Assembly (NCBI GenBank): GCA_016935125.1
Contig: JAFGRM010000060.1
Location: 1 to 55,275, forward strand
DNA from: Candidatus Woesearchaeota archaeon
GTDB taxonomy: Archaea > Nanobdellota > Nanobdellia > Woesearchaeales > DSVV01
Reading direction: 5' to 3'
DNA length: 55,275 nucleotides
The notes under the pieces were generated by a model, which searched no databases, was not told the origin of the DNA, and saw only the letters and a program-made list of their open reading frames with translations. Below, piece after piece: positions 16,763 to 26,173 of the stretch; position 1 is the stretch's first letter, and each line of letters starts with the position of its first letter. The translations under genes and the position numbers were made by a program.

Positions 16763-17671
16763 ATGATTTGGATAGGAAAAATGCCTGCAAAAGACGATGA
16801 AAAAAGGGACAGGAAAGGCTTCTCAGTAGTCATCCCGGTATTCAATGAAGAAGCATCAATAAAAGAGACAGTCGAAAAGCTAAGGAAAGTGCTTGATTCG
16901 ACAGGCAAGGATTATGAGATCATAATAATCAACGATTGCTCGACAGACAGGACTGCAAAGATAATCGAGAGGATAGATGGGATAGAGATAATCACACATA
17001 CCATCAACAAGGGATACGGCTATTCGCTGAAGGATGGGATAAGAAAAGCAAGATATGAGACTATAGTCATGACTGACGGAGATGGAACATACCCCTGCAG
17101 CCCTATCCCTGAGATGCTCGAACTCTCAAAAGGCCATGAGATAGTAAGCGGGATGAGGGTTGGCAAAGGCGCAAAGATCCCTCTGCTCAGAAGGCCTGCA
17201 AAGTTCATCCTGACACAGCTTGCGAACTTCCTTGTAGGGATGAAGATCCCTGACCTGAACTGCGGCCTGAGGGTCATAAAGAAAAGCGATGTAACAAGAT
17301 ACTTCAGGATACTGCCGGACAGGTTCTCTTTTACAACAACTCACCTGCTCTCGTGCATTGCAGACAGCGGCAGGATAAGGTTCGTTAAGATTGAGTATTA
17401 CAAGCGTGCGGGAAAATCCACAATACACCCTGTAAAGGATTTTTTGAGGTTCATAAATATCATCTTCAAAGAGGGCCTGCTGATCAACCCTATAAAATTT
17501 TTCTCGCTAATATCCGGCTTGTTTGTCCTTCTTGCAATACTGGTCTTCATCTACAGCATGGCCTTTCTCGGCGAGATCATGGACATAAGCATAGTTGTAC
17601 TATTTGTCGGGGCTGTGCAGATATTTCTTTTTGGGATGCTTGCTGACCTTATCATAAGGAAGATCAAATAG
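16763..17671 (+). CDS. GT2 glycosyltransferase, polyprenyl-phosphate hexose synthase type (DPM1/GtrB/ArnC/AglD-like)
   Basis: FSVVIPVFNEE, IINDCSTD and MTDGDG (DxD) with two C-terminal TM helices. Confidence 0.7.
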   Translation: MIWIGKMPAKDDEKRDRKGFSVVIPVFNEEASIKETVEKLRKVLDSTGKDYEIIIINDCSTDRTAKIIERIDGIEIITHTINKGYGYSLKDGIRKARYETIVMTDGDGTYPCSPIPEMLELSKGHEIVSGMRVGKGAKIPLLRRPAKFILTQLANFLVGMKIPDLNCGLRVIKKSDVTRYFRILPDRFSFTTTHLLSCIADSGRIRFVKIEYYKRAGKSTIHPVKDFLRFINIIFKEGLLINPIKFFSLISGLFVLLAILVFIYSMAFLGEIMDISIVVLFVGAVQIFLFGMLADLIIRKIK

Positions 17672-17791
17672 TAAGATAATACAATCTGAAATGATGTATG
17701 AAATGACAAAAACCAATCACTCCAGCTTATCGAACAGTGCCAATTCCATCCAGCATAAAATAGGGGCAGAACCTGCTTGCTAAACCAGGAT

Positions 17792-19633
17792 TCAACTGTA
17801 TCTCTTTCTTACTTTGCCGTCCCTAAGGTCTATTGTCCTTGTGAATCTCAGCCTGGAGCCGTCCCTGAGCCCTGCTAGGTTTTTTGCAGGCACATAATCA
17901 CCCTGCAGCTCAAGCTCTATTGGCTGGAAATACATCGACTGCGGCACGTATCTTACAAAGAACTCGTCGCCGATCTTCAGCTTCTTAAAAGGCTTCTTTG
18001 AGTTGTTGCAGATCTCATCATTCACAGTGATCTGGCTGTTCTTGTCATCAAAATCAACAGTCCTCCTGAAACTGACAGGTGACCTCTTGTTACCGAATAT
18101 GATAAGGTTCCTGATCATGCCCTTAAGCTTATAAGAGAGATATGTGTTGGCGCCGACAGTAAGCATGACTGACCTAAAGAGCATTCCCTTGTAAGGGCTG
18201 AATACCTTCTCAGGGACAGTATTAAGCTTTCCCTGTACCACAACCTGGCCATCCCTGACCTCTGTCTTGTAATCCTTGTCGACCCACTGGCTGGTGTAGG
18301 TGCTGCTGTTCATCTGGCCTATTATCCCATTGTCATTGAACACAAGCCTGTTGTCCTTGTCAAATATCTTGATAACGCCGCCCTTTGCCATGTTCTCAAT
18401 AAAATAATAATCACTGCCTTTCCTTACATAGTACCTTCCATGCGGGAAATGCCTTGTGAACTGGCTTTCTTCATAAGGCATAAGAGGGCGCTTCGCTGCA
18501 GGCCTTTTGCCGTAATCGATATACGACTCAAGGAGCTCAGGTATCCTGTATAGGAAATAGCGGTCTGCCTGTATCTGCGGCGGGACAAGCTTCCCTTCAG
18601 AGAGCCCTGCAAGCATCCTGTCAGCAACAACTGAAGCGATTGGTATCTTCGACGAGAAATACTCGCATCCATGCGGATAGAAATGGAGCGTCTGTCTTGA
18701 GCCCATGCTTCCTGCATAATAGTTATTTGGATAGACGAAATATTTCAGGAACCCTACAGACTTTTCTGCTGTCTCAAGTATCTTTTTGTCAGGGTTGAGC
18801 TTGTACAGCTTTGCAAGGAAGCTCACTGTTGCTGAGAGGTAGCCCAGATCAGCCCCATCATACTCAAGCGACCATCCCTCTTTTGAGACAAGCCTGTAAA
18901 AATAGTTGATCTTGTCCCTGTAATAGTTAAGGAGCCTCTTGTCTTTCAGAAGGTCATAAGCATGGTATATCGGCATGAACGCCATCGCGTGATGGTTCGC
19001 AAGGATGCCTTCCTCGTCATACTTGCCAAGGAAAACCGCAGCTTTCCTGCAGGTCTCAAGGAACCTGTCCTTAAACGAGCTTGACATCGAGTCGCCTACA
19101 AGCCTGTATGACTGTGCCATGGAATAAAGAAGGAATCCTGTAGGTCCTGCCCAGCCGCGCTCGTTAGGATAAAACTCATCAAAAGAGCCGTCGCTGTGCT
19201 GGATCCTTGTCCAGTAGTCCATCGCTGCAAGCGTCCATCTTTTTATCTTTTCCTTCCTGTAATAGATGCTCCCTGGAAATGGGTATGAATAGACAAGCGC
19301 AAGGGACTGTGTGCCGAACTGCGGAAGCGCATTTACAAAGTCATCGCTCTTGTCGAGCCAGAATGTCCTCTGGAATGAGCCATATGTCTTTGAAAACTCG
19401 TTCCTGTTGAGAAGGCTCAGGAGACGCGGGATCATGATCAGGGCCTTGTCTGAATATACTGCCCTATCGCTGCTGGATACTGCCCTATTGCTGCTGCCGG
19501 ATGCAGGAGACTTGCTGGCTGTAACAGTGCTGTTGGATGCAAGAGCTTTGCCGGCTGTAACAGTTCTATTGGATGCAAGAGCCATTCTGGCTGCAAGCGT
19601 GTTGCCTGATGTAAGAGCATTTGCGCGTTTCAT
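17792..19633 (-). CDS. hypothetical 613-aa protein: repeat-rich N-terminus, helical toroid-like middle, beta-rich C-terminus
   Basis: No family recognised. Motif IQHSDGSFDEFYPNERGWAGPTGFLLYSMA resembles (alpha/alpha)-barrel repeats. The codon at 19639 is TTG; the ATG at 19633 lies 27-34 nt from a TATATAAA box (19660-19667). Confidence 0.6.
   Translation of the reverse strand: MKRANALTSGNTLAARMALASNRTVTAGKALASNSTVTASKSPASGSSNRAVSSSDRAVYSDKALIMIPRLLSLLNRNEFSKTYGSFQRTFWLDKSDDFVNALPQFGTQSLALVYSYPFPGSIYYRKEKIKRWTLAAMDYWTRIQHSDGSFDEFYPNERGWAGPTGFLLYSMAQSYRLVGDSMSSSFKDRFLETCRKAAVFLGKYDEEGILANHHAMAFMPIYHAYDLLKDKRLLNYYRDKINYFYRLVSKEGWSLEYDGADLGYLSATVSFLAKLYKLNPDKKILETAEKSVGFLKYFVYPNNYYAGSMGSRQTLHFYPHGCEYFSSKIPIASVVADRMLAGLSEGKLVPPQIQADRYFLYRIPELLESYIDYGKRPAAKRPLMPYEESQFTRHFPHGRYYVRKGSDYYFIENMAKGGVIKIFDKDNRLVFNDNGIIGQMNSSTYTSQWVDKDYKTEVRDGQVVVQGKLNTVPEKVFSPYKGMLFRSVMLTVGANTYLSYKLKGMIRNLIIFGNKRSPVSFRRTVDFDDKNSQITVNDEICNNSKKPFKKLKIGDEFFVRYVPQSMYFQPIELELQGDYVPAKNLAGLRDGSRLRFTRTIDLRDGKVRKRYS
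19456..19617. repeat. tandem repeats: 2 x 21 bp (19456-19497) and 3 x 36 bp (19510-19617)
   Basis: Read directly from the sequence. The 36-bp units encode ALTSGNTLAARM / ALASNRTVTAGK / ALASNSTVTASK. The region is open in several frames on both strands. Confidence 0.85.
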
Positions 19634-19791
19634 CTGCAAGGAGAAGTGTCGGGCTATTGTATATAAAGCTTATGAAATTACAAAATTATGAAATTATAAA
19701 ATTTATTGAAAGAACTTTGAAAAAAGAGGCTCTTAATCTGAAATCCGTCCCTTATATTGGTTGTTGTATTATTGGCTCTTTACAATTGGGC

Positions 19792-20742
19792 TTATTGGCT
19801 TTTCACCATGTACCTGTTTACCCATAACAGCCCCAGTAATGCAGGGATGACATAACGAAGCGAAAAGATAAGCCCAAAGAGTATCATCACCTGTGCAGGC
19901 GCATATGATGAGAAGAGGAATATGAACGCAGCATCCCTTGTCCCCATGCCAGCAATTGTCACAGGGATCATCCCTGCCAGGATGCCTATAGGGATCAGCC
20001 CAAGCGCTATAAAAAATCCAATGTCCTGGCCAACCACCCAGAAGAAGAGATACCCCTGGAAAAGATGGAGAAACCAAAGCAGAAACGAAGACAAGATCAC
20101 TATCGTGACCTTTTTCCTGTCTTTTCTCACTGTATCAAAATAAGATAGCATCTCAAGCGCCAGAGACCTTAATCTCTTGAAAGGTATAAGAAAGCTGACG
20201 CATCTACAGACCAGGCTGCCTTTGCCGAGCCTGGCAGTAAACGCAACAACAAGAAAGGCCAGCAAGAGGCAAAGAAGCAGGATTATGTAATAAGCCATGC
20301 CAAAGCCTGTCTTCATAAAAAGCACGCCAAGCACTGCAAACAAGAGTATGCTTATCAGGTCAAACGATTTCTCAAGTATGACTGCTGCTGCCCCTATCTT
20401 CATGTTAAACCTGCTGTCCCTAAGAAAATAGGCTTTTCCCAGGTCGCCTATCCTTGAAGGGGTGATGGTGTTCAGGCTCTGGCTCAGAAGATAGGTCTTG
20501 ATCCCTTCACTGACGCTTATAGCCTTATAATCGCTTATCATAAGCTTCCACCTGTAGCCGCTTATGTAAAATATCGGCACCAGGACAAGAAGCGAGACCA
20601 GAAGTGCGCATATGCTGATGTTCCTGACACTGTCCATGAACATGGCCAGGTCGATCCTAGAGAACAGGATTGCAAATATAGCTAACGTCAGAACCACAGA
20701 CACAGCAAACGAAAGCCATTTCTTATTTTTCATTCTCTTCAC
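19792..20742 (-). CDS. MprF-flippase-like (UPF0104 / LPG_synthase_TM) membrane protein
   Basis: About 8 TM segments and PVTIAGMGTRDAAF near the C-terminus. 20742 is GTG; an alternative ATG lies at 20733. Confidence 0.6.
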   Translation of the reverse strand: MKRMKNKKWLSFAVSVVLTLAIFAILFSRIDLAMFMDSVRNISICALLVSLLVLVPIFYISGYRWKLMISDYKAISVSEGIKTYLLSQSLNTITPSRIGDLGKAYFLRDSRFNMKIGAAAVILEKSFDLISILLFAVLGVLFMKTGFGMAYYIILLLCLLLAFLVVAFTARLGKGSLVCRCVSFLIPFKRLRSLALEMLSYFDTVRKDRKKVTIVILSSFLLWFLHLFQGYLFFWVVGQDIGFFIALGLIPIGILAGMIPVTIAGMGTRDAAFIFLFSSYAPAQVMILFGLIFSLRYVIPALLGLLWVNRYMVKSQ

Positions 20743-20769
20743 TGTCTCAATATCTGGCTGGATCTATTT

Positions 20770-20802
20770 ATATGCTTTATGAAAATATATGCTTTATGAA
20801 AA
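20770..20802. repeat. tandem duplication ATATGCTTTATGAAAA x2 (period 17) upstream of the 19792..20742 gene
   Basis: Exact 16-mer at 20770-20785 and 20787-20802. Confidence 0.8.
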
Positions 20803-20840
20803 AACAGAGCGGACCTGACCAATGGCGCATGTTCCAGAAG

Positions 20841-21626
20841 CTATGTCAGGGAAGTATTCCTGCTACCTGGCCCAGCCTGCCTCTTTCTTCCTGCAACAAG
20901 GATGTTTGCGCCTTTCAGGAAGAGTGACATGAACTCGTCGACATAGATAAGCAGCATAGGAATAAAGAACAGGCTCTTGTAGACCTTAAACATGGTTGAG
21001 CTGTTCGCCTTTAATATGTCACTCTGTTTCGAGAAAGCCTTGTCTTTTTTGCTGTAGACTGATTTTGTCAGCTCCATAAAGAGCTGGGTAAAGAGTATCA
21101 TTGAATAGCTTACACTGGCAACCCTAAAGCCTGCCTCCAAAAACCTGCTGACAAGCTCTTTTCTTGTGTAATCCTCCCTGAAATGCTTTTCAAGCCCGTG
21201 CTTGTGGCATTTGTCAGAGACCTTTACAAGCCCCTCTGAAGAAGGTGTTGTGATGACTGCAAGCCCGCCTGGCTTAAGCACCCTCCTTATCTCATTTAGA
21301 AACAGCCTGTCATCCTCTACGTGCTCAATAACTTCAGAGGATATCACATAATCAAAAGTGTCATCCTTGAAAGGAAGCTTTTTGCCTGCATCAGCAACCA
21401 TGTATTTCCCTTTGGGATCTTGATCCGCTGCAAACCTTATGCAGTCCTTGTCAAGGTCTATCCCTGTTGCCTGGAACCTGCCTGAAAGCCTTGCTGTCAT
21501 ATACCCAAGCCCGCATCCCACATCAAGCAGCCTTTTCTGCGGCCCTGGCTTTAGCATCCGTGATATGGCCCTGTATCTGTACCTGACGCTGATGTTATAA
21601 TGCATAGGGTATCTTCTTAGCTCCAT
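20841..21626 (-). CDS. class I SAM-dependent methyltransferase (Methyltransf_11-like) with a hydrophobic C-terminal extension
   Basis: LLDVGCGLGYMT (motif I) and LKPGGLAVITTP. Confidence 0.7.
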   Translation of the reverse strand: MELRRYPMHYNISVRYRYRAISRMLKPGPQKRLLDVGCGLGYMTARLSGRFQATGIDLDKDCIRFAADQDPKGKYMVADAGKKLPFKDDTFDYVISSEVIEHVEDDRLFLNEIRRVLKPGGLAVITTPSSEGLVKVSDKCHKHGLEKHFREDYTRKELVSRFLEAGFRVASVSYSMILFTQLFMELTKSVYSKKDKAFSKQSDILKANSSTMFKVYKSLFFIPMLLIYVDEFMSLFLKGANILVAGRKRQAGPGSRNTSLT

Positions 21627-21672
21627 GACCAGGAGGATGAATCATAAACTATTTAAAAGCTTTCTGATTTCA

Positions 21673-21729
21673 AAGACCATGATTTTTTTGTGAGAAAACC
21701 TCAGGATATTTCAGGATTATCATGGTCTT
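21673..21729. promoter_or_regulatory. 11-bp inverted repeat (AAGACCATGAT ... ATCATGGTCTT) in the divergent methyltransferase promoter region
   Basis: Arms at 21673-21683 and 21719-21729. The 35-nt spacer contains TCAGGAT twice. Confidence 0.4.
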
Positions 21730-21779
21730 GAGTATTTTGAGAACAACTGATTTTCCATAATTTTTCCATAATATATGGG

Positions 21780-22520
21780 GTGGAGATTATCAATAGCCAA
21801 AACGAGAGATACAGGGAAGCCTGGGAAAAGAAGAAGATACTCAGGAGATTCTTTTATGCATGGTATGACAGGTTCAGGCCGTATCTGGAGAAGGGAAATA
21901 ACATAGTGGAGTTCGCAGGCGGCACAGGCACATTCAAGGATTACTGGCCTGAAAGCATCTGCACTGACATCGAGCTGACAAGACATGTGGACCTGATCTG
22001 TGATGCGACAAGACCCCCTTTTGCCAAAGGGTCGGTCGACGCAGCAGTCGTGATCCATGGGATACACCATTTCATGAAACTCGACAGCTTCTTTGATGAG
22101 ATGCTGACTATCCTTAAGCCAGGCGGAAAACTGATCATTGTAGAGCCGTTTCTCTCACCTCCTTCCTATCTGATGCACAGGTTTTTCCACCATGAGAATG
22201 TTGACATGAAAAACCTGGATGTGGGGAATAATGCCCAGGACGGAAACACTGCAATTGCGACAGTGCTCTTCTTCAAAAGGCTAAAGAGCTTCAAGAACAG
22301 GCATCCTGGATTCAGGATAGTCAAGAGGGATCTTTTTGGCAGCCTTTATCCGCTCATAGGCGGATATTGCGGAATAAGCCTCATACCAAACTTCATGGCA
22401 GGGCTGCTGATAAAGGCAGACCGGGCAATGCCATTCAAAAGGCTCCATGCATTCAAGACACTGATCGTGCTGGAAAAGATAACAGGAAAAAATGGAAAAA
22501 CAGATAATAATCAAAAATAA
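21780..22520 (+). CDS. class I SAM-dependent methyltransferase
   Basis: IVEFAGGTGTF (motif I) and LKPGGKLIIVEP. GTG start, with no in-frame ATG nearby. Confidence 0.65.
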   Translation: MEIINSQNERYREAWEKKKILRRFFYAWYDRFRPYLEKGNNIVEFAGGTGTFKDYWPESICTDIELTRHVDLICDATRPPFAKGSVDAAVVIHGIHHFMKLDSFFDEMLTILKPGGKLIIVEPFLSPPSYLMHRFFHHENVDMKNLDVGNNAQDGNTAIATVLFFKRLKSFKNRHPGFRIVKRDLFGSLYPLIGGYCGISLIPNFMAGLLIKADRAMPFKRLHAFKTLIVLEKITGKNGKTDNNQK

Positions 22521-22584
22521 CCATAACCATAAAATAATACTATAAAATAACACTCTAGCTGATAAAAATATTATAATATATAAA

Positions 22585-24423
22585 ATGGTCAGAAAAAACA
22601 GGTCAAAAAAAAGTTTTATTGAAGAGTACAAGTATATTATCCTTATCACAATCATCCTGTTGGGATTTTTCCTGAGGATGTATAATTCAGGAGGGCTTTC
22701 AGGTGGCGACGATTCTGAGTATGCAAAACAGGCAATGCTGATCCTTGAAGGCAAGATCAACCCATTTTACATAAAAGGGCCTGATGAGCCCATAAGCTGG
22801 GGAAACAACTATGTTTTCATAAGGCCGATGGCACCTGTGCCTTATACGATCTCTGTCGCCATCTTCGGAAACACGACATTTGCATCAAAGTTTCCTGCAG
22901 CGCTGATAAGCACGATAAACATCCTGCTCCTCTTTATCATCCTAAAAAGGTATTACAGCAATGAGATCGCATTATTGGCAAGCTTCTTTTTTGCAGTAAA
23001 CCCATTCACAATAGCATTCTCAAGGATTGGGATACTGAACCCATTCCTCATGTTCTACCTGCTCCTCATATTCCTGTTTGTCTTCAAGGGATTTGAAGAG
23101 AAGAAGAACTACTGCTTCTACCTTGCAGGGCTGTTTGTGCTGCTCAGCCAGCTAACGACACAGTTCCGCGGCCTTGTCCCTCTTGTTGGGCTCTTGCCTT
23201 ACCTTTACCTCCAGTACAGAAAAAAGGAAAAATATTGGAAGGTACAATTTCTCCATTTCTTTACAGCAATGGCTCTTCCGGCAATAGCATACATAGGATA
23301 CCTCTTGCTCCCTTTCCTTTGGGGTGACCATTCCTTCTTTGAACAGTTCTTTGTTATGGCAGGAAAAGCTGTTGGCAGAACAGAAACTGTCAACACCATC
23401 ACCACATCAATCTTATACAATGATGGGCCTGTTTTCCTGACACCTTTTATGGGGATAATATTCATACCTGCACTATTCGGACTGTACCATTGCATAAAAA
23501 ATATTGGAGACAAAATCAACGGTGTGCTTGTATTTTCTGCGATTATAACACCAATACCTTTTTTTCTCCAAAAACAGATTGCTCCTCTTAGGCAGGACAT
23601 TATTGTCTTTGCGTTTGTATTCCTCGCTGCAACAGGTATTATGATATTTAAAAGATCTTATATCAAAGAAAAAAGCATTGGCCTTAGTATTATGGGTGGG
23701 ATGACTATCCTGTATTACATCATTATATTGAAAATCTTCCCATTATTATTTCCTGCAGAGTGGATTTTTGCCCAGCAGATGATGGAACACCTAAACTTAT
23801 ATGGATATTATAAAATGGTGTTCTCGGAATACTTCACTCTTTTTTTTCTGATGGCAATGATCTGTCTGACAAGTATATCACTTATTGTGTATTGGATCAG
23901 GATGAGCAAAAAGACAAGAAGATTGCTAGCTTCCGCTGTGATAGGGATATTCTTGATATTCAACCTGATTATACCTATTGCTCTTACCACAACAAGGATG
24001 GCTTATTATTACAAGCCATCTGAGATAGAAAAGATTGCTAACTACATAAACAATAACCTAAAGGAAGAAACCTACTCATGTGTCGCTGGGATATATGATA
24101 AGAGCTTATACTATTATACAGAAAAACCGTGCGCAGTATATGCTTATGTAAATGAAGAATGGATGGAAGAAAAAGCCGATGCGGGCGAACTCAGCTACTT
24201 CCTAATTAATCTCTACAGTGTACAAGGCACATGGGGCCTAGGAAAATTCAACCAAGACCTAACTATAGACGAATCAAGTGAAGGCAAACCAGGCATAAAG
24301 AATTATCCTGAAAAACTTGAGTGGCTGATGGCTAACACTGTTGATGTAACAGAAGAGACTGGACTTAGCAAGGATAACCCTTATTTCAGGCTAAGAAGAT
24401 ACGTTCCTGCACAGAAGCGATGA
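22585..24423 (+). CDS. GT-C fold glycosyltransferase (ArnT/PMT, GT39/GT83-like)
   Basis: 612 aa with more than 10 TM segments. The first loop carries GGDDSEYAKQA (the DE/DD-x-x-Y motif of ArnT/PMT). A large C-terminal soluble domain follows. Confidence 0.65.
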   Translation: MVRKNRSKKSFIEEYKYIILITIILLGFFLRMYNSGGLSGGDDSEYAKQAMLILEGKINPFYIKGPDEPISWGNNYVFIRPMAPVPYTISVAIFGNTTFASKFPAALISTINILLLFIILKRYYSNEIALLASFFFAVNPFTIAFSRIGILNPFLMFYLLLIFLFVFKGFEEKKNYCFYLAGLFVLLSQLTTQFRGLVPLVGLLPYLYLQYRKKEKYWKVQFLHFFTAMALPAIAYIGYLLLPFLWGDHSFFEQFFVMAGKAVGRTETVNTITTSILYNDGPVFLTPFMGIIFIPALFGLYHCIKNIGDKINGVLVFSAIITPIPFFLQKQIAPLRQDIIVFAFVFLAATGIMIFKRSYIKEKSIGLSIMGGMTILYYIIILKIFPLLFPAEWIFAQQMMEHLNLYGYYKMVFSEYFTLFFLMAMICLTSISLIVYWIRMSKKTRRLLASAVIGIFLIFNLIIPIALTTTRMAYYYKPSEIEKIANYINNNLKEETYSCVAGIYDKSLYYYTEKPCAVYAYVNEEWMEEKADAGELSYFLINLYSVQGTWGLGKFNQDLTIDESSEGKPGIKNYPEKLEWLMANTVDVTEETGLSKDNPYFRLRRYVPAQKR

Positions 24424-24515
24424 ACAGTGCTTGACCAAACCAAAAGGCAATGTAAATAAGAGCTTATTATTAATAAACTTTTTAAATAGCCTTGTTATAT
24501 TCTGCGTTGATACTC

Positions 24516-25082
24516 ATGAAGGATAATGTATACATACACAAGACTGCTGATGTTTCTAAAGATGCAAGTATCGGAGCAAACACAAAGATATGGAACTGGG
24601 CCCAGATAAGAGAGAATGCATCAATAGGCTCAGACTGCATCATCAGCAAAGGTGTCTATATAGATTTTGGTGTTAAGATTGGAAACAAAGTCAAGATACA
24701 GAACAATGTATCTGTATATCATGGCGTCACAATTAAAGATGGGGTTTTCATAGGACCTCATGTCTGCTTCACAAACGACAAGAACCCAAGAGCAATAACC
24801 CATAATGGAACACTGAAATCAGACAAAGATTGGGAATTATACAAGACAACAGTCAAGAAAGGGGTATCGATAGGTGCTAATGCAACAATACTTCCTGGGA
24901 TAGATATTGGTGAATATGCCATGATTGGATCAGGGACTGTAGTGACAAAAAGTGTCCCAGATTACAGTTTGGTCATAGGAAATCCAGGAAAAATCGTAGG
25001 ATATGTATGTAAATGTGGAAAAAAGTTTGACAATTCTGATGAATGTAGAGAATGTAAAATAAAACTCAATGAGATAAAATGA
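24516..25082 (+). CDS. UDP-2-acetamido-3-amino-2,3-dideoxy-glucuronate N-acetyltransferase (WbpD/WlbB-like, left-handed beta-helix) with C-terminal Cys4 ribbon
   Basis: Hexapeptide repeats ([29 protein letters not shown]...) and CKCGKKF..CRECK. 24492 is TTG; the ATG at 24516 lies 28-38 nt from CTTTTTAAATAG. Confidence 0.7.
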   Translation: MKDNVYIHKTADVSKDASIGANTKIWNWAQIRENASIGSDCIISKGVYIDFGVKIGNKVKIQNNVSVYHGVTIKDGVFIGPHVCFTNDKNPRAITHNGTLKSDKDWELYKTTVKKGVSIGANATILPGIDIGEYAMIGSGTVVTKSVPDYSLVIGNPGKIVGYVCKCGKKFDNSDECRECKIKLNEIK

Positions 25083-26173
25083 TCCCAATAGCAAAACCAT
25101 TAATCGGCGAAACTGAAACGCAGTATGTTATGGAGGTTCTAAAATCTGGTATTCTTGCACAAGGACCTAAAGTAAAGGAGCTTGAGGAAAGGTTTGCACA
25201 GCTTTGCAAAACAAAACATGCGGTTGCAGTAAACTCAGGTACTGCCGCAATCCATGCTGCCCTTTATGCAGCAGGGGTTAGGAGAGGTGATGAAGTGATT
25301 ACAACCCCATTCACCTTTGTCGCAACTGCAAACCCTATAATCATGCAGGGTGCAAAGCCTGTGTTTGTGGATATAAAAGAGGATACTTTCAACATAGATC
25401 CTGAATCTGTTATCGAAAAGATCACCCCAAAAACAAAGGCAATCATCCCAGTTGACCTTTTCGGACAGATTTATGATTATAAAGCGATATCAGAGATTGC
25501 TGAAGACAAGAAAATAAAAGTAGTTGAAGATGCGTGTCAGGCAGTAAACGCCCAGATTGATGGGAAGATGGCTGGCTCGCTTGGTGACCTTGCCTGCTTC
25601 TCATTTTATGCAACAAAGAATATCATCAGCGGAGAAGGTGGAATAATAACCACAGACAACAGGGATTATGCTGAGCTTGCGAGGCGCTTCAGACATCATG
25701 GGCAGTCAGAACAGACAAGGTATGAATATTTTGATCTTGGATATAATTATAGGATGATGGACCTGCAGGCTGCAATAGCACTAGCTCAGCTTGAAAAAGT
25801 GGACGCATTTACAGACAGAAGGATTGAGAATGCACGATTACTAACAAAAGGTCTAAAGGATATCAAAGGGATAGGTGTGCCATATATAAAACCCGGGACG
25901 AAGCATGTTTTTCATCAATACACTATCAAGGTTGATGGGTTTAGACTAAACAGAAACAAGCTAATAGAACACTTAAATAAGAATGATATTGGATGTGGAA
26001 TCTACTACCCAAAACCACTTCATCTCCACCCTTTTTTTATGAAGGCAGGCTATAAGAAAGGCGATTTACCGGTTTCGGAATCTGCCTCAGAAAAAGTTTT
26101 ATCACTGCCTGTCCACCCAAGTGTTTCCAAAGATGATATCAAAAAAATAGTGGAGGTTATCAAATATGCTTAA
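25079..26173 (+). CDS. DegT/DnrJ/EryC1-type PLP aminotransferase (WbpE-like)
   Basis: [21 protein letters not shown] (PLP Lys) and LSLPVHP. ATGA overlap with the upstream gene. Confidence 0.8.
   Translation: MIPIAKPLIGETETQYVMEVLKSGILAQGPKVKELEERFAQLCKTKHAVAVNSGTAAIHAALYAAGVRRGDEVITTPFTFVATANPIIMQGAKPVFVDIKEDTFNIDPESVIEKITPKTKAIIPVDLFGQIYDYKAISEIAEDKKIKVVEDACQAVNAQIDGKMAGSLGDLACFSFYATKNIISGEGGIITTDNRDYAELARRFRHHGQSEQTRYEYFDLGYNYRMMDLQAAIALAQLEKVDAFTDRRIENARLLTKGLKDIKGIGVPYIKPGTKHVFHQYTIKVDGFRLNRNKLIEHLNKNDIGCGIYYPKPLHLHPFFMKAGYKKGDLPVSESASEKVLSLPVHPSVSKDDIKKIVEVIKYA

Noticed and set aside
22585-24423. Whether either GT-C protein (also 37531..39078) is the AglB oligosaccharyltransferase.
   Set aside because: Neither translation shows a WWDYG-type motif or the size and architecture expected of AglB. 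Both have the ArnT/PMT-like DD/DE-x-x-Y first-loop motif instead.
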